A stretch of DNA of 64,000 nucleotides from Lachnospiraceae bacterium (GCA_045629045.1 JAZQQM010000052.1:6585-70584), one strand, 5' to 3'. Positions 18,211 through 28,730 are shown, counted from the stretch's first letter. Numbers and translations: made by a program. The notes: a model not told the origin generated them from the letters alone.

Positions 18211-18660
18211 TTATTTCAATACCTTCTTAAGTTCATCCATAAATGTATTGATATCTTTGAACTCTCTGTATACTGAAGCAAATCTTACATAAGCAACGGA
18301 ATCAACATCCTTGAGCTTATCCATAACAAGTTCACCAATCATTGAACTTGGAATCTCACGCTCTTCCTTAGCATAGATTTCTGTTTCAACTTCATCAACA
18401 ATCTGCTGAATCTGCTTAGCAGAAACGGGACGCTTGTGGCATGCACGCAATACTCCTGATTCAATCTTTGCTCTATCGAAGGTTTCTCTGTTTTCATCCT
18501 TCTTAACAATAATAAGAGGAATAGTTTCAACCTTCTCATAAGTAGTGAATCGTTTATCACATTCATCACACACTCTACGACGACGAATGGAATTATTGTC
18601 TTCAGCCGGTCTTGAGTCTATAACTCTGGTATTTTCATGACCGCAAAATGGACATTTCAT
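18211..18660 (-). CDS. nrdR: Transcriptional repressor NrdR
   Basis: MKCPFCGHENTRVIDSRP...RRRRVCDECDKRFTTYE zinc ribbon plus an ATP-cone. Confidence 0.95.
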   Translation of the reverse strand: MKCPFCGHENTRVIDSRPAEDNNSIRRRRVCDECDKRFTTYEKVETIPLIIVKKDENRETFDRAKIESGVLRACHKRPVSAKQIQQIVDEVETEIYAKEEREIPSSMIGELVMDKLKDVDSVAYVRFASVYREFKDINTFMDELKKVLK

Positions 18661-18707
18661 ATTTATCTCTCCCCCTAAATATATGGTGTGTTTGTTTACA
18701 TAAACAC

Positions 18708-18736
18708 ATTATAAGGGGAACAATGGGTTATGTCAA
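18708..18736 (-). promoter_or_regulatory. Consensus sigma-A promoter of nrdR
   Basis: The minus strand reads TTGACA (18736-18731), 17 nt, then TATAAT (18713-18708). Confidence 0.65.
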
Positions 18737-18781
18737 CAAAATTATGTTAATCATTTTGCTCCAAACCCTGTATTTGGGGAA

Positions 18782-20056
18782 TTATCCCAAAGGATTAATA
18801 TAGAACTCCTTAAAGTCGCTGTATCCTTCAGCGGTTAACTGCTCTTTCTGGAACTTCTTGTTCTTGTTCATCTTAACAACAAGCACCTGTTCGCCTTCGT
18901 TTCGAAGTTCCTGAGCTTCCTTTATTACCTGACTTAATCGGTCCGAAGGCATATTCTTCTCAACAAGGAACGCAACTTTCTTTGAACTTCCCGGAACAAC
19001 GAATCCCGATTCCATAAGAAGAAGAATTATTCTTTCGAATCCTATTGAGAATCCGCAGGCCGGAACATTGTTACCCGTAAATTTGCCTACCATCTCATCA
19101 TATCTTCCGCCGCCTCCGCAGCTTCCACCGAATTCCGGCATAGCAATTTCAAAGATAGTTCCCGTATAATATGACATTCCTCTTACCAAAGTAGGATCAA
19201 ATACCATCTTAAACTCGGCTTCCTTAGTGGATTCAACGGCAGTTATTATTTCTGTCAGATTATCCTTAACCTCTGTAGGAAGGAATTCATTTAATTCATC
19301 AGCCAATGTCATAACGGCTTTAACACCGTCCTCGTTTCCGAGTTCATTTAACTTGGCAAACAAAGCAAGGTATTTATCTACGCAGCCCTTATCAAATCCA
19401 TTCTCCAGAAGTTCTTCCGTAACTCCTTCGATTCCGATTTTGTCCATCTTATCAAGGGTGATAAATACACTGTCAAAGGAAGCCTCATCAAAACCTGCAT
19501 ATGAAGCCATTGCCTTTAACATTCTTCTGTCGTTAATTCTTATTTCAAAGTTCTTAAAACCAAGCTTTCCTATTGTGGTAGTGGTGGCAAGAATAAGCTC
19601 TATTTCGGCAAGATTGGAGTTTTCGCCAAAGATATCAATGTCGCACTGCATAAACTGACGATATCTTCCTCTTTGAGGTCTGTCCGCTCTCCATACGTTA
19701 CCCATCTGAAGTGCCTTAAAGGGTGACGGAAGTTCGTTTGTATGATTTGAATAATATCTTACAAGGGGAACCGTTAAATCATATCTAAGACCGCCGTCAA
19801 CAACATCGATTTCTTCCTTAGCTGTCTCAAGATTAAGTTTCTCACCTCTTTTGAGAATCTTAAAAATAAGTTTTTCGTTATCGCCACCCTGCTTATTTGT
19901 AAGGTTTTCTATATTTTCAACACAAGGTGTTTCGATTCTTGTAAATCCGAATTTAGAATAAGTACTTGTAATAACAGAAATAACATAATCTCTTATTACC
20001 ATTTCATCAGGCATTATATCCTTCATTCCCGTAACAGGTTTTTTACTTAAAGCCAT
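18782..20056 (-). CDS. hisS: Histidine--tRNA ligase
   Basis: 424 aa. N-terminus is GMKDIMPDE...F..IETP, followed by class II motifs and a C-terminal anticodon-binding domain. Confidence 0.88.
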   Translation of the reverse strand: MALSKKPVTGMKDIMPDEMVIRDYVISVITSTYSKFGFTRIETPCVENIENLTNKQGGDNEKLIFKILKRGEKLNLETAKEEIDVVDGGLRYDLTVPLVRYYSNHTNELPSPFKALQMGNVWRADRPQRGRYRQFMQCDIDIFGENSNLAEIELILATTTTIGKLGFKNFEIRINDRRMLKAMASYAGFDEASFDSVFITLDKMDKIGIEGVTEELLENGFDKGCVDKYLALFAKLNELGNEDGVKAVMTLADELNEFLPTEVKDNLTEIITAVESTKEAEFKMVFDPTLVRGMSYYTGTIFEIAMPEFGGSCGGGGRYDEMVGKFTGNNVPACGFSIGFERIILLLMESGFVVPGSSKKVAFLVEKNMPSDRLSQVIKEAQELRNEGEQVLVVKMNKNKKFQKEQLTAEGYSDFKEFYINPLG

Positions 20057-20135
20057 CTTATCTCCTTTCGCTCTTACGCAATAACCTACAATTTATAATC
20101 TGCGCAAAAACCAGCCTATATTCTATCATATTATA

Positions 20136-20173
20136 CAAAAAAAAGATACTCACGGAAATTACGTGAGTATCTT
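20136..20173 (-). terminator. Rho-independent terminator of the xerD-like gene
   Basis: aagatactcacg-taatttc-cgtgagtatctt, followed by TTTTTTT on the minus strand. Confidence 0.8.
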
Positions 20174-20201
20174 AAAATAGTTAAATTCTTTACTTTTCAA
20201 A

Positions 20202-21086
20202 TTATCCGCGGGGATGTGCCTTGGCATACACCTCTTTAATATGCGAATGATTCATATGGGCATAAATCTGAGTGGTGGAAATATCCGAATGTCCCAGCAT
20301 TTCCTGTACACTTCTAAGATCTGCACCGTTCTCAACCAGGTGAGCCGCGAAGGAATGACGCAATGTATGAGGTGTTATGTCGGCTACTATACCGGCCTTC
20401 TTGGCATAATACTTAATTAATTTCCAGAAGCCCTGACGTGACATCGGCTGTCCGGAACAGTTAGCAAATAAGTATTCCGAATTAGGGTCTGCAAGCATTG
20501 CTTCTCTTGTACCCGAAAGATAATTGGTAAGAGCCTTTTTAGCCTCATTTCCAAAAGGTATAACTCTTTCTTTATTAGCATCCTTACACACGATGTATCC
20601 CATGTTAAGGTTAACGTCTTCTGTCTTTAATGTGATAAGCTCCGTAACTCTTATTCCTGTAGCATACAAAAGTTCAAGCATCGCTTTATCACGAATATCC
20701 TTTGATGATTCTCCCGAAGGCTGCTCCAATAATCTAACAACTTCGTTCATCGAAAGAATCTCGGGAATCTTCTTCTCAATCTTAGGAGCATGCAAATCGG
20801 TTGCCACATCCTCATCTACGATTCCTTCTTTTACCATATAGTGATAAAAAGCTTTCAGTGAAGCTATATTACGAGATATTGTAGCTGCAGAGAACTTATT
20901 CTTCTCTAGGTACATAACATATCCTGTAAGATTAGTTGCCGTAACCTTCTTAATATCGCTAATACCCTGTTCCTGAAGGTATGTTACTACCTTATTCAAA
21001 TCTCTGCGGTATGATAGTTCTGTGTTCTCTGACATTTTCTTTACATTATGTAAATATGTCATAAAACCATTAATGTATTCGTCCAT
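20202..21086 (-). CDS. xerD: Tyrosine recombinase XerC/XerD family
   Basis: 294 aa. The N-terminal SAM-like domain carries TELSYRRDL. The catalytic domain carries ATGIRVTELI, HTLRHSFA, LLGHSDISTTQIY. Confidence 0.85.
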   Translation of the reverse strand: MDEYINGFMTYLHNVKKMSENTELSYRRDLNKVVTYLQEQGISDIKKVTATNLTGYVMYLEKNKFSAATISRNIASLKAFYHYMVKEGIVDEDVATDLHAPKIEKKIPEILSMNEVVRLLEQPSGESSKDIRDKAMLELLYATGIRVTELITLKTEDVNLNMGYIVCKDANKERVIPFGNEAKKALTNYLSGTREAMLADPNSEYLFANCSGQPMSRQGFWKLIKYYAKKAGIVADITPHTLRHSFAAHLVENGADLRSVQEMLGHSDISTTQIYAHMNHSHIKEVYAKAHPRG

Positions 21087-21137
21087 TCGGTAACTCCCAT
21101 ACTGTATTAACGTTTACATAAACGCCGTGTAAAACTC

Positions 21138-21166
21138 ATTATAAACAGATTTTTGGCAAATTGCAA
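21138..21166 (-). promoter_or_regulatory. Putative sigma-A promoter of the xerD-like gene
   Basis: The minus strand reads TTGCAA (21166-21161), 17 nt, then TATAAT (21143-21138). Confidence 0.55.
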
Positions 21167-21337
21167 ACCCATTTTTTGCTTTATTTTCAAGGTTTTTTGG
21201 CTTTTATTTTGTCAAGTACAACATGAGGATAAACACCAAATTATGACTACTAGATATTGTAAAAAAATATCAAAAAAAATAATAAAATAACATCAGTTTG
21301 TTTACATAAAAGTATATCGTTATGATGTTATGTCTTA

Positions 21338-21877
21338 TTATTTTGACAGATATTTGTCTTTATAAGCAAGTATCGCGCATATAGTCTTGGAATCCTGTAT
21401 TTCGCAGTTGTATATCTTTTGACACAGTTCTTCCACCGAATACGCCTCATACTCTATATATTCATCTTCATCCAGGTGCTGATTGCCGGGCTTTAAATTT
21501 CTTGCAACGTATATGTCAATATTCTCGTTACAGAAAGCAACAGTAGTCTTAATTCGTACAAGTAATTCCAAATCCTCCGAATCAAAACCCGTTTCCTCCT
21601 TAAGTTCGCGCTTAGCCGCATCATAAGTAGGCTCGGTTCTTGTGTTAAGACCACCTGCCGGAACTTCAAGAGTATATCTTTCAAGGGCATTCCTGTACTG
21701 ACGTACCATAATAATTCTTCCGTCCTCCAATACGGGAACCACAGCCGCAGCTCCCTTATGGTCAATAAGATCCCATTTGGCGGTTTTACCGTCCGGCATA
21801 AGCATAGTATCCTGATAATAGTCTATGATTGAGCCGTTGGCTATTAACTGTCTGTCAATTCTTTTAATCTCTTCCAT
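21338..21877 (-). CDS. NUDIX hydrolase (ADP-ribose pyrophosphatase-like)
   Basis: Nudix box GGLNTRTEPTYDAAKRELKEETG. Confidence 0.85.
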   Translation of the reverse strand: MEEIKRIDRQLIANGSIIDYYQDTMLMPDGKTAKWDLIDHKGAAAVVPVLEDGRIIMVRQYRNALERYTLEVPAGGLNTRTEPTYDAAKRELKEETGFDSEDLELLVRIKTTVAFCNENIDIYVARNLKPGNQHLDEDEYIEYEAYSVEELCQKIYNCEIQDSKTICAILAYKDKYLSK

Positions 21878-21900
21878 CTAATATCTCCTTATGTAAGATA

Positions 21901-21924
21901 ATGCCATCGGATATCCGATGGCAT
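21901..21924 (-). terminator. Palindromic hairpin downstream of the aminotransferase gene (possible terminator)
   Basis: atgccatcggat/atccgatggcat is a perfect palindrome. The T-tail is weak. Confidence 0.4.
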
Positions 21925-21929
21925 TAATA

Positions 21930-23213
21930 TTACTGTTCCAATAATTTGTTTACACTTGCCAATTTAACACAAAGCACGAATATTTCAAGTGCTTTCTCCA
22001 GTTCTTCAATCGGCGGGAAAGTGGGGGCAATTCTAATATTAGAATCATCCGGGTCTTTATGATAAGGATATGTGGCACCGGCACCCGTTAATGTAACACC
22101 GGCCTCCTTACACATTCCTACTATATTCTTGGCACATCCGTTCATTGCCTGGAAAGATACGAAATATCCGCCGTTGGGATTGGTCCATGTTCCGATTCCC
22201 AAGGGTGCAAGCTCCTTGGTAAGTGTCGAAATTACCAGGTGGAACTTCGGGCGAATAATCTCGGCATGCTTTTTCATATGCTTCTTCATGCCTTCTATAT
22301 CTTTGAAATAGCGAACATGGCGAAGCTGATTTAACTTATCATGTCCGATTGTCTGTATTGTAACAATGCTCTTAACAAATTCAAGATTCTTCTTTGAAGC
22401 TGCAAGTGCCGCAATTCCGGAGCCCGGGAAAGTAACCTTTGATGTCGAACAGAACTTAAATACCATATCGGGATTGCCGGCCTTCTTACATTCACTTAAG
22501 ATTTCAAGAAGCTGGTCTTCTTTGCCATTGTATAAATGATGAATTGTGTAAGCATTGTCCCAATATATTCTAAAGTCTTCCGCTGCGGGTTTTAAATTGG
22601 CAAAACGCTTAACTGTTTCATCCGAGTATGTGATACCCTGAGGATTTGAATACTTGGGTACACACCAGATTCCCTTAACTGCTTCATCATTATTTACATA
22701 CTTTTCAACCAAATCCATATCCGGACCTGTAGCTGTCATGGGAATATTTATCATTTCAATTCCGAACTGCTCTGTTATGGCAAAATGTCTGTCATATCCG
22801 GGTACGGGACATAAGAACTTGACTTTGGGAAGTTTACACCAGGGTGTTGATCCGCATACGCCAAGAATCATTGAACGGCATACCGTATCGTACATAATAT
22901 TCAAAGATGAGTTACCGAATACCATAATTTCGTCATCTTCAACTTCCATCATATCGGCCATAAGGTGGCGGGCTTCATGAATACCCATAAGTTCACCGTA
23001 GTTTCTGCAGTCGATTCCGGCTTCCGAAATAAACTTGCTGTCGGGATGAAGGGTATCAAAGAAATCCGCTTCCATATCAAGCTGTTTAGCCGAAGGCAAG
23101 CCTCTTGCCATATTAAGTTTTAATCCCTTGGCACAGGCTTCCTTATATTGTTCATTCAAGTCTTTTTGCAAAGACAATAATTCTTCTTTACTTAAATCCT
23201 TATACGCTTTCAT
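21930..23213 (-). CDS. PLP-dependent aminotransferase (class I/II fold)
   Basis: 427 aa. Contains a CSTSKVTFPGSG lysine motif and has general aminotransferase architecture. Confidence 0.75.
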   Translation of the reverse strand: MKAYKDLSKEELLSLQKDLNEQYKEACAKGLKLNMARGLPSAKQLDMEADFFDTLHPDSKFISEAGIDCRNYGELMGIHEARHLMADMMEVEDDEIMVFGNSSLNIMYDTVCRSMILGVCGSTPWCKLPKVKFLCPVPGYDRHFAITEQFGIEMINIPMTATGPDMDLVEKYVNNDEAVKGIWCVPKYSNPQGITYSDETVKRFANLKPAAEDFRIYWDNAYTIHHLYNGKEDQLLEILSECKKAGNPDMVFKFCSTSKVTFPGSGIAALAASKKNLEFVKSIVTIQTIGHDKLNQLRHVRYFKDIEGMKKHMKKHAEIIRPKFHLVISTLTKELAPLGIGTWTNPNGGYFVSFQAMNGCAKNIVGMCKEAGVTLTGAGATYPYHKDPDDSNIRIAPTFPPIEELEKALEIFVLCVKLASVNKLLEQ

Positions 23214-23271
23214 ACTAATTCACTTTCGTTATTACTTACAAAAATATACTAATCCGCCGCTTTTGCCATCG

Positions 23272-23291
23272 ATTGTATACAATTATACAAT
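23272..23291. promoter_or_regulatory. Operator-like palindrome containing the 19-nt motif shared with gdhA
   Basis: attgtata-caat-tatacaat (8-bp arms). 23273-23291 is identical to the reverse complement of 6926-6944. It lies 60-78 nt upstream of the aminotransferase start, and the sense strand contains TATAAT. Confidence 0.4.
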
Positions 23292-23346
23292 CACATTCCT
23301 CTTATTGTACAACAGATATTGGGGATTATCAAGTAACAATAATATT

Positions 23347-24903
23347 TTATTTTGCTTCTTCGTAAGTAATACCAAAAATTTCTCTTTCGACTATATACAT
23401 ATCATGAAGGTCATTATGCCTTACCGCAAAATAATCTCCCGGAAGTCCAAGCATATATTTTTCCGTATCCCAGGGAGTAAATATCTTAACTCTTCTGTCA
23501 AGCTGCTTGGCATAAATAAAGGTTTCACCGTTAGCTATGCATATTTTGGCATATTGCATCAATTCAGCCGACTTACCGTCAAGTCTGTTTCTCAAAGTAG
23601 GCTTATACTTGGGAATAACCACACCATCTTCCATAGAAAACGGCATGTCCGTAACCTCATACGACTCGTGAAGCTTCTCAAGCTTACTCGGATAGGCTTC
23701 GCCCTTTATTCCAATCTTAATTACAATGTCATCTTCAATAGTAAAATCAAAATCCCCCTCTAAGGTTCTTATGGTAGCGGGAGTTCCTGCGGGGAACACA
23801 TCTGTAGCCATTACATAACCGAGAGGTATCTTCTTTTTGGCATAAAGCTTCATATCCGAAATATCCACATCATATTCTTTGGCACTTATTACTTCACAAT
23901 TGTCAAAGTATTCATTCAGCTTATCCGAAAAATATGCTTCGGGATGCAATGTGGGATATTCTTTTTCATAAAGGGTTTTATTAATAAAACCGCCGGCCTT
24001 TTCATGGTGACCGCCTCCGGAACCGATTCCTTCAGCAAGATAGGAAGCCATTTCATCGGCATATACTTCTTTAACGCAGCTTCTTGTGGAGAACTTAAAT
24101 CCATTGGGCCACTCATTAAATACAACACATGTATGAACTTCCGCAACCTGTAATAAAAAGTCCGAAATAAGACCAAGTATATTGGGGTCGCACTGTTCTG
24201 CCTTAATTATTGCGTATTTATGAATCGGATTGTAAATATGGCGGATCATTGCAACACCTGCAATATCAAGTTCAGCCAAAGAGAAATTCGAATTCTTTAA
24301 TGTATGAATTGTGGTTTTTTCAAAAGGAATGGAATCTCTAAGGTCCATATCCATAGGATTTGCAATTTCACTAAAAGAATTGGTATCTGTGTAAAGGCCG
24401 TAATAAAGTGCTGTTCCAAGTTTAGCATCTTCTACTTCAATGCCTTCTTGCTTAAGCATGTTCCACACCAAAGTAGAACAGCTTCCAAGCCCCGGCATAA
24501 TTTCACTTAATTTAACATCGGTTATTTCTATCTGATGATGGTCAATAATAGCCATATCTACGCTTGGGATCTTAGTAACATTGCCGGCACCGTACTGACA
24601 GTCTACCGTAACAACCAGTCCCGGAAATACAGGACTCTCGGTATACACATCTTTGTAGGTATATAAGAAATCATCCACATTCTTAACGTATTTAAGTGTA
24701 TCCCCAATACCAAGATAGTCTATCATCAGCTTAAGATTTGCTTTCTGAAGCTCATTAACCCCTGCATAGACGAAACAAACGTCTTTGCCTGCATCAAGGA
24801 AATACTTATAAACCGCATATCCTGCTGCTATTGCATCTGCATCGGGGTTGTCGTGACACTGTACTATAATCGGATTGTAATTAAGTAATTCTTTAAGTCG
24901 CAT
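23347..24903 (-). CDS. DHH/DHHA1-family phosphoesterase with ~190-aa C-terminal extension
   Basis: Start trimmed to MRLKELL (ATG 24903, GGAGA RBS). Motifs are HDNPDADAIAAG, DHH (IIDHHQ) and GGGHHEKAGG (DHHA1). The last ~190 aa match no family I recognise. Confidence 0.75.
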   Translation of the reverse strand: MRLKELLNYNPIIVQCHDNPDADAIAAGYAVYKYFLDAGKDVCFVYAGVNELQKANLKLMIDYLGIGDTLKYVKNVDDFLYTYKDVYTESPVFPGLVVTVDCQYGAGNVTKIPSVDMAIIDHHQIEITDVKLSEIMPGLGSCSTLVWNMLKQEGIEVEDAKLGTALYYGLYTDTNSFSEIANPMDMDLRDSIPFEKTTIHTLKNSNFSLAELDIAGVAMIRHIYNPIHKYAIIKAEQCDPNILGLISDFLLQVAEVHTCVVFNEWPNGFKFSTRSCVKEVYADEMASYLAEGIGSGGGHHEKAGGFINKTLYEKEYPTLHPEAYFSDKLNEYFDNCEVISAKEYDVDISDMKLYAKKKIPLGYVMATDVFPAGTPATIRTLEGDFDFTIEDDIVIKIGIKGEAYPSKLEKLHESYEVTDMPFSMEDGVVIPKYKPTLRNRLDGKSAELMQYAKICIANGETFIYAKQLDRRVKIFTPWDTEKYMLGLPGDYFAVRHNDLHDMYIVEREIFGITYEEAK

Positions 24904-24969
24904 AATATTCTCCACTCTTACATAGTAATAAACCAAACAATTTATTATAGCATATTTAATCATATTTCT

Positions 24970-25011
24970 TTAAACAAAAAGAAGTTCAATCAATAGATGA
25001 TTGAACTTCTT
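24970..25011 (-). terminator. Rho-independent terminator of rny
   Basis: 13-bp stem aagaagttcaatc/gattgaacttctt, followed by TTTTGTTT on the minus strand. Confidence 0.7.
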
Positions 25012-25026
25012 AATAATTCATTAGGT

Positions 25027-26574
25027 TTACTTCGCGTAATCAACTACACGGGATTCTCTGATAACATTTACCTTTACCTGTCCGGGATATTCCATTTCAG
25101 ATTCAATCTTCTTTGAAATATCTCTGGCCATAATAACCATATCTGTGTCGGTAACCTGTTCGGGAATAACCATAACACGAATCTCTCTACCTGCCTGAAT
25201 AGCAAAAGATTTATCGACACCCTTAAATTCATTAGCGATGTCTTCAAGTTGTTTAAGTCTTGTTGTATATGTTTCGAGTGTTTCTCTACGAGCACCCGGT
25301 CTCGCTGCAGAAATTGCATCGGAAGCCTGTACAATACATGAAATAAGTGATGTAGCCTCAACGTCACCATGATGAGATTCAACTGCATTAATAACTGTAG
25401 CCGATTCTTTATACTTACGGCAAAGCTCAACACCTAACTGGATGTGTGAACCTTCCATTTCATGGTCAACAGCCTTACCAATATCATGTAATAAACCTGC
25501 TCTCTTGGCAACACGTACATCTAAGCCAAGCTCGGCAGCCAGCAATCCTGATAACTGTGCAACTTCGATTGAATGCTTTAACGCATTCTGACCATAACTT
25601 GTTCTGAACTTCATCTTACCAAGTAATCTTACAAGTTCAGGGTGGATTCCGTGAACACCAACTTCTAATGTTGCTGCTTCACCTTCCTCCTTAATCATAG
25701 TCTCAACTTCCTTTTGCGCCTTTTCAACCATTTCTTCAATTCTTGCCGGATGAATACGTCCGTCAACAATAAGTTTTTCAAGGGCAATTCTTGCAACTTC
25801 TCTCCTGATAGGATCAAAGCTTGATAAAACAACTGCTTCAGGTGTATCGTCAATAATCAAATCAACACCTGTCATGGTTTCAAGAGTTCTGATGTTACGA
25901 CCCTCTCTACCGATGATTCTTCCCTTCATTTCATCATTAGGAAGCTGAACTACAGAGATAGTAGTCTCTGAAACGTGATCTGCAGCACATTTCTGAATAG
26001 CTGTAACCACGTAATCCTTAGCCTTTTTATCGGCTTCTTCCTTGGCGCGATTCTCCATTTCCTTGATCATCACAGCCGTTTCATGTTTTACTTCATCTTC
26101 AACAATTCTTAATAAGTACTCTTTTGCCTGTTCGGAGGTTAAACCTGAGATTCGCTCTAATTCATGCAATCTTTGTTCATTAAGCTTTTCTATTTCTGCT
26201 TTATCTTTAGCTAACTCAGCTTCTTTTGCAGAAATGGCAGCTTCTTTCTTTTCAATTGCCTCAGCTTTTTTATCAATGTTCTCTTCCTTCTGCTGAACAC
26301 GACGTTCATATCTTTGAGCCTCTGCACGACGTTCCTTGATTTCTTTATCAAGGTCGTTCTTAGCTTTAATCGATTCTTCCTTTACTTCAAGTAAAGCTTC
26401 ACGTTTCTTGGTTTCAGCAGTCTTAAGAGCTTCATCGATTATTTCATTCGCCTTTGCTTCAGCATTTCCGATCTTACCCTTAGCAACCTTTTTCTGATAA
26501 GTTGCCGAAAGAACCCATGCCAAAGGGGCGGAAACAATAAGCGTTACGACAATTGCTATAACAACTGTCTGCAT
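25027..26574 (-). CDS. rny: Ribonuclease Y
   Basis: N-terminal TM segment, coiled coil, a KH domain ([12 protein letters not shown]) and an HD domain (LLHDIGKA). Confidence 0.95.
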   Translation of the reverse strand: MQTVVIAIVVTLIVSAPLAWVLSATYQKKVAKGKIGNAEAKANEIIDEALKTAETKKREALLEVKEESIKAKNDLDKEIKERRAEAQRYERRVQQKEENIDKKAEAIEKKEAAISAKEAELAKDKAEIEKLNEQRLHELERISGLTSEQAKEYLLRIVEDEVKHETAVMIKEMENRAKEEADKKAKDYVVTAIQKCAADHVSETTISVVQLPNDEMKGRIIGREGRNIRTLETMTGVDLIIDDTPEAVVLSSFDPIRREVARIALEKLIVDGRIHPARIEEMVEKAQKEVETMIKEEGEAATLEVGVHGIHPELVRLLGKMKFRTSYGQNALKHSIEVAQLSGLLAAELGLDVRVAKRAGLLHDIGKAVDHEMEGSHIQLGVELCRKYKESATVINAVESHHGDVEATSLISCIVQASDAISAARPGARRETLETYTTRLKQLEDIANEFKGVDKSFAIQAGREIRVMVIPEQVTDTDMVIMARDISKKIESEMEYPGQVKVNVIRESRVVDYAK

Positions 26575-26719
26575 CTTAAGAGCACCTCCTATTAAATTTT
26601 CATTGTACTGTATCTATCATAGAATGCATATAAACACATAAATAGACGATTTAGCAAACTACAACGTTTATATTCTAAACTTTTAGAACAACAGTGTCAA
26701 GTAAACCGAACGAATTATG

Positions 26720-26986
26720 TTAATCAATTTTATAAATATACTCTTCCAACATTTGCACGCGTTTGGCGATAATGTGTGCCAAAGCATTCTGAGCTTCGGT
26801 TTTCTTACGACTTGCTATACACTGCTTAATCATAATAAGATTACGGTCAAATTCTGATAATCCTATTTCTTTTGAATTTTTATGAATTCTTTGAGCAGTT
26901 ATACCTGCTACCTGCCAGTTATTATGTTCAATTGCCTGGCCCAGTTTCATAAAATCTTTGCTCTTTAAAAACTCTTCTTTATCCAT
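26720..26986 (-). CDS. Hypothetical protein (88 aa)
   Basis: Complete ORF between recX and rny. No recognisable motif. Confidence 0.4.
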   Translation of the reverse strand: MDKEEFLKSKDFMKLGQAIEHNNWQVAGITAQRIHKNSKEIGLSEFDRNLIMIKQCIASRKKTEAQNALAHIIAKRVQMLEEYIYKID

Positions 26987-27030
26987 AACATATTACCAAA
27001 ATAATTATAATAATATTCTAATAAATTCTA

Positions 27031-27663
27031 TCAGATTTCATCATAAGAATTAATACACTTGCGAATCTTCTCGGCAGAAAAACCTTTACGATATAAAGAT
27101 GCCAAAAGTTTCTGAGTTTCTTCATAGGAAAAATCTCTGTCAAAATACCCCTTTTTAGTAATAAATTTCTTAATCTGAAGTAATTCTACATCTGATTCCT
27201 CCGTGCCTATTTCATCATCATAAGCCTGGGAAATCACATCCTTTGGAACACCTTTTGATGCAAGATCCAAAAATATTTTGTTTTTATTCTTGCTTTCTTT
27301 GTATGTGTAGATAAAATCACGGGCATATTGATAATCATCCAGGTACTTATAGCTCTTAACATACTCAATAGCAATATCAACAATTTCGGAAGGATATCCC
27401 CCCGCAATAAGTTTATCCGTAAGTCCTTTAACTGTGTAGGGTCTTACCTTAAGAAGATTCATGGCACGCAATTTAGCCCGCTTAGGAAGTACCTCGTTCA
27501 TTATTTTATTGTAGTTTTCGGCAGTAAGTTCCGCTCCTTCGGATATTCCGTATGTACAAAGTTCGCCTTTGTATAACACAAAGGCGAACCCGGAATCTAA
27601 AGTTATTTTAATTTTTTTAGTCGTTACTTCCTGAATCGATGCTACTGTCATTTGAAGCTCCAT
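27031..27663 (-). CDS. recX: Recombination regulator RecX
   Basis: Located directly after recA (the start overlaps the recA tail). Has the repetitive helical RecX-like pattern ([12 protein letters not shown]..., SKGV...I). Confidence 0.8.
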   Translation of the reverse strand: MELQMTVASIQEVTTKKIKITLDSGFAFVLYKGELCTYGISEGAELTAENYNKIMNEVLPKRAKLRAMNLLKVRPYTVKGLTDKLIAGGYPSEIVDIAIEYVKSYKYLDDYQYARDFIYTYKESKNKNKIFLDLASKGVPKDVISQAYDDEIGTEESDVELLQIKKFITKKGYFDRDFSYEETQKLLASLYRKGFSAEKIRKCINSYDEI

Positions 27664-28654
27664 CTATGCCGTAATAAGCACGTACTTTAGCATTAATCTC
27701 ATCAAATACCGCTTTATTGTCCTCAAGGTACTGCTTGGTATTCTCTCTGCCCTGACCTATCTTGTTACCTTCATATGCGTACCATGCACCCGATTTATTA
27801 ACAATGTCTGCCTCGGCAGCTAAATCAAGCACATCTCCCACAACAGAAATTCCCTTACCGAAAATAATATCAAATTCCGCCTCTTTGAAAGGAGGTGCAA
27901 TCTTATTCTTAACAACCTTAACCCTTGTTCTGTTACCGATTGCTTCACCTGAAGACTTAAGGGTCTCTACTCTGCGGACATCCATTCTTACGGAAGAATA
28001 GAACTTAAGAGCTCTACCGCCGGTAGTCGTCTCGGGATTACCGAACATAACGCCAACCTTCTCACGAAGCTGATTAATAAATACTACGGAACAATTTGAC
28101 TTTGAAATAACGGCAGTCAGTTTACGAAGAGCCTGTGACATAAGTCTTGCCTGAAGACCCACATGAGAATCGCCCATCTCACCGTCAATTTCCGCCTTGG
28201 GTACCAAAGCCGCAACCGAGTCGACAACCACTATATCCATTGCGCCTGATCTAACCATTGTTTCGGTAATCTCAAGAGCCTGCTCACCGTTATCCGGTTG
28301 CGAAATATAAAGATTATCTACATCAACACCTATGTTTTTGGCATATACAGGATCAAGTGCGTGTTCTGCATCAATAAATCCTGCAATTCCTCCACGCTTC
28401 TGGACTTCTGCAATCATATGAAGAGTAACTGTTGTTTTACCCGAAGATTCAGGTCCGTATATTTCAATAATTCTTCCCTTAGGAATTCCGCCAAGTCCGA
28501 GTGCAATATCCAGGCTTAAGGAACCTGTGGGGATTGTTTCGACATTAATAGTGTTAGCCGGATCTCCCAATTTCATAACAGCGCCTTTACCAAACTGTTT
28601 CTCAATCTGTCCCAGTGCTGCGTCTAATGCTTTAAGTTTTTCATCTCTTTCCAT
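27617..28654 (-). CDS. recA: Recombinase RecA
   Basis: [16 protein letters not shown] Walker A, with canonical RecA sequence along the full length. Confidence 0.97.
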   Translation of the reverse strand: MERDEKLKALDAALGQIEKQFGKGAVMKLGDPANTINVETIPTGSLSLDIALGLGGIPKGRIIEIYGPESSGKTTVTLHMIAEVQKRGGIAGFIDAEHALDPVYAKNIGVDVDNLYISQPDNGEQALEITETMVRSGAMDIVVVDSVAALVPKAEIDGEMGDSHVGLQARLMSQALRKLTAVISKSNCSVVFINQLREKVGVMFGNPETTTGGRALKFYSSVRMDVRRVETLKSSGEAIGNRTRVKVVKNKIAPPFKEAEFDIIFGKGISVVGDVLDLAAEADIVNKSGAWYAYEGNKIGQGRENTKQYLEDNKAVFDEINAKVRAYYGIDGASNDSSIDSGSND

Positions 28655-28678
28655 AAAAATAATTCTCCTTTAAAATGG

Positions 28679-28730
28679 GAACATTTGTTCTAACAGTTAT
28701 CAGAATAAAACAAATGTTCGATTTTGTCAA
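28679..28730 (-). promoter_or_regulatory. recA promoter with two LexA (Cheo-type) boxes
   Basis: The minus strand reads TTGACA (28730-28725), 17 nt, then TATTCT (28707-28702). CGAACATTTGTT (28720-28709) lies between -35 and -10, and GAACAAATGTTC (28690-28679) lies in the leader. Both fit GAAC-N4-GTTC. Confidence 0.7.

Noticed and set aside
18661-18700. NrdR box (autoregulation) in the nrdR leader
   Set aside because: acacaccatatatttag matches only the first half of the 16-bp NrdR-box palindrome as I remember it, and there is no properly spaced second box. The match is too weak to call.
20057-20201. Possible T-box leader upstream of hisS
   Set aside because: Only about 145 nt are available, and most of it is the xerD-like terminator plus promoter-like sequence. 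I could see no specifier-loop/T-box (AGGGUGGNACCGCG-like) sequence.
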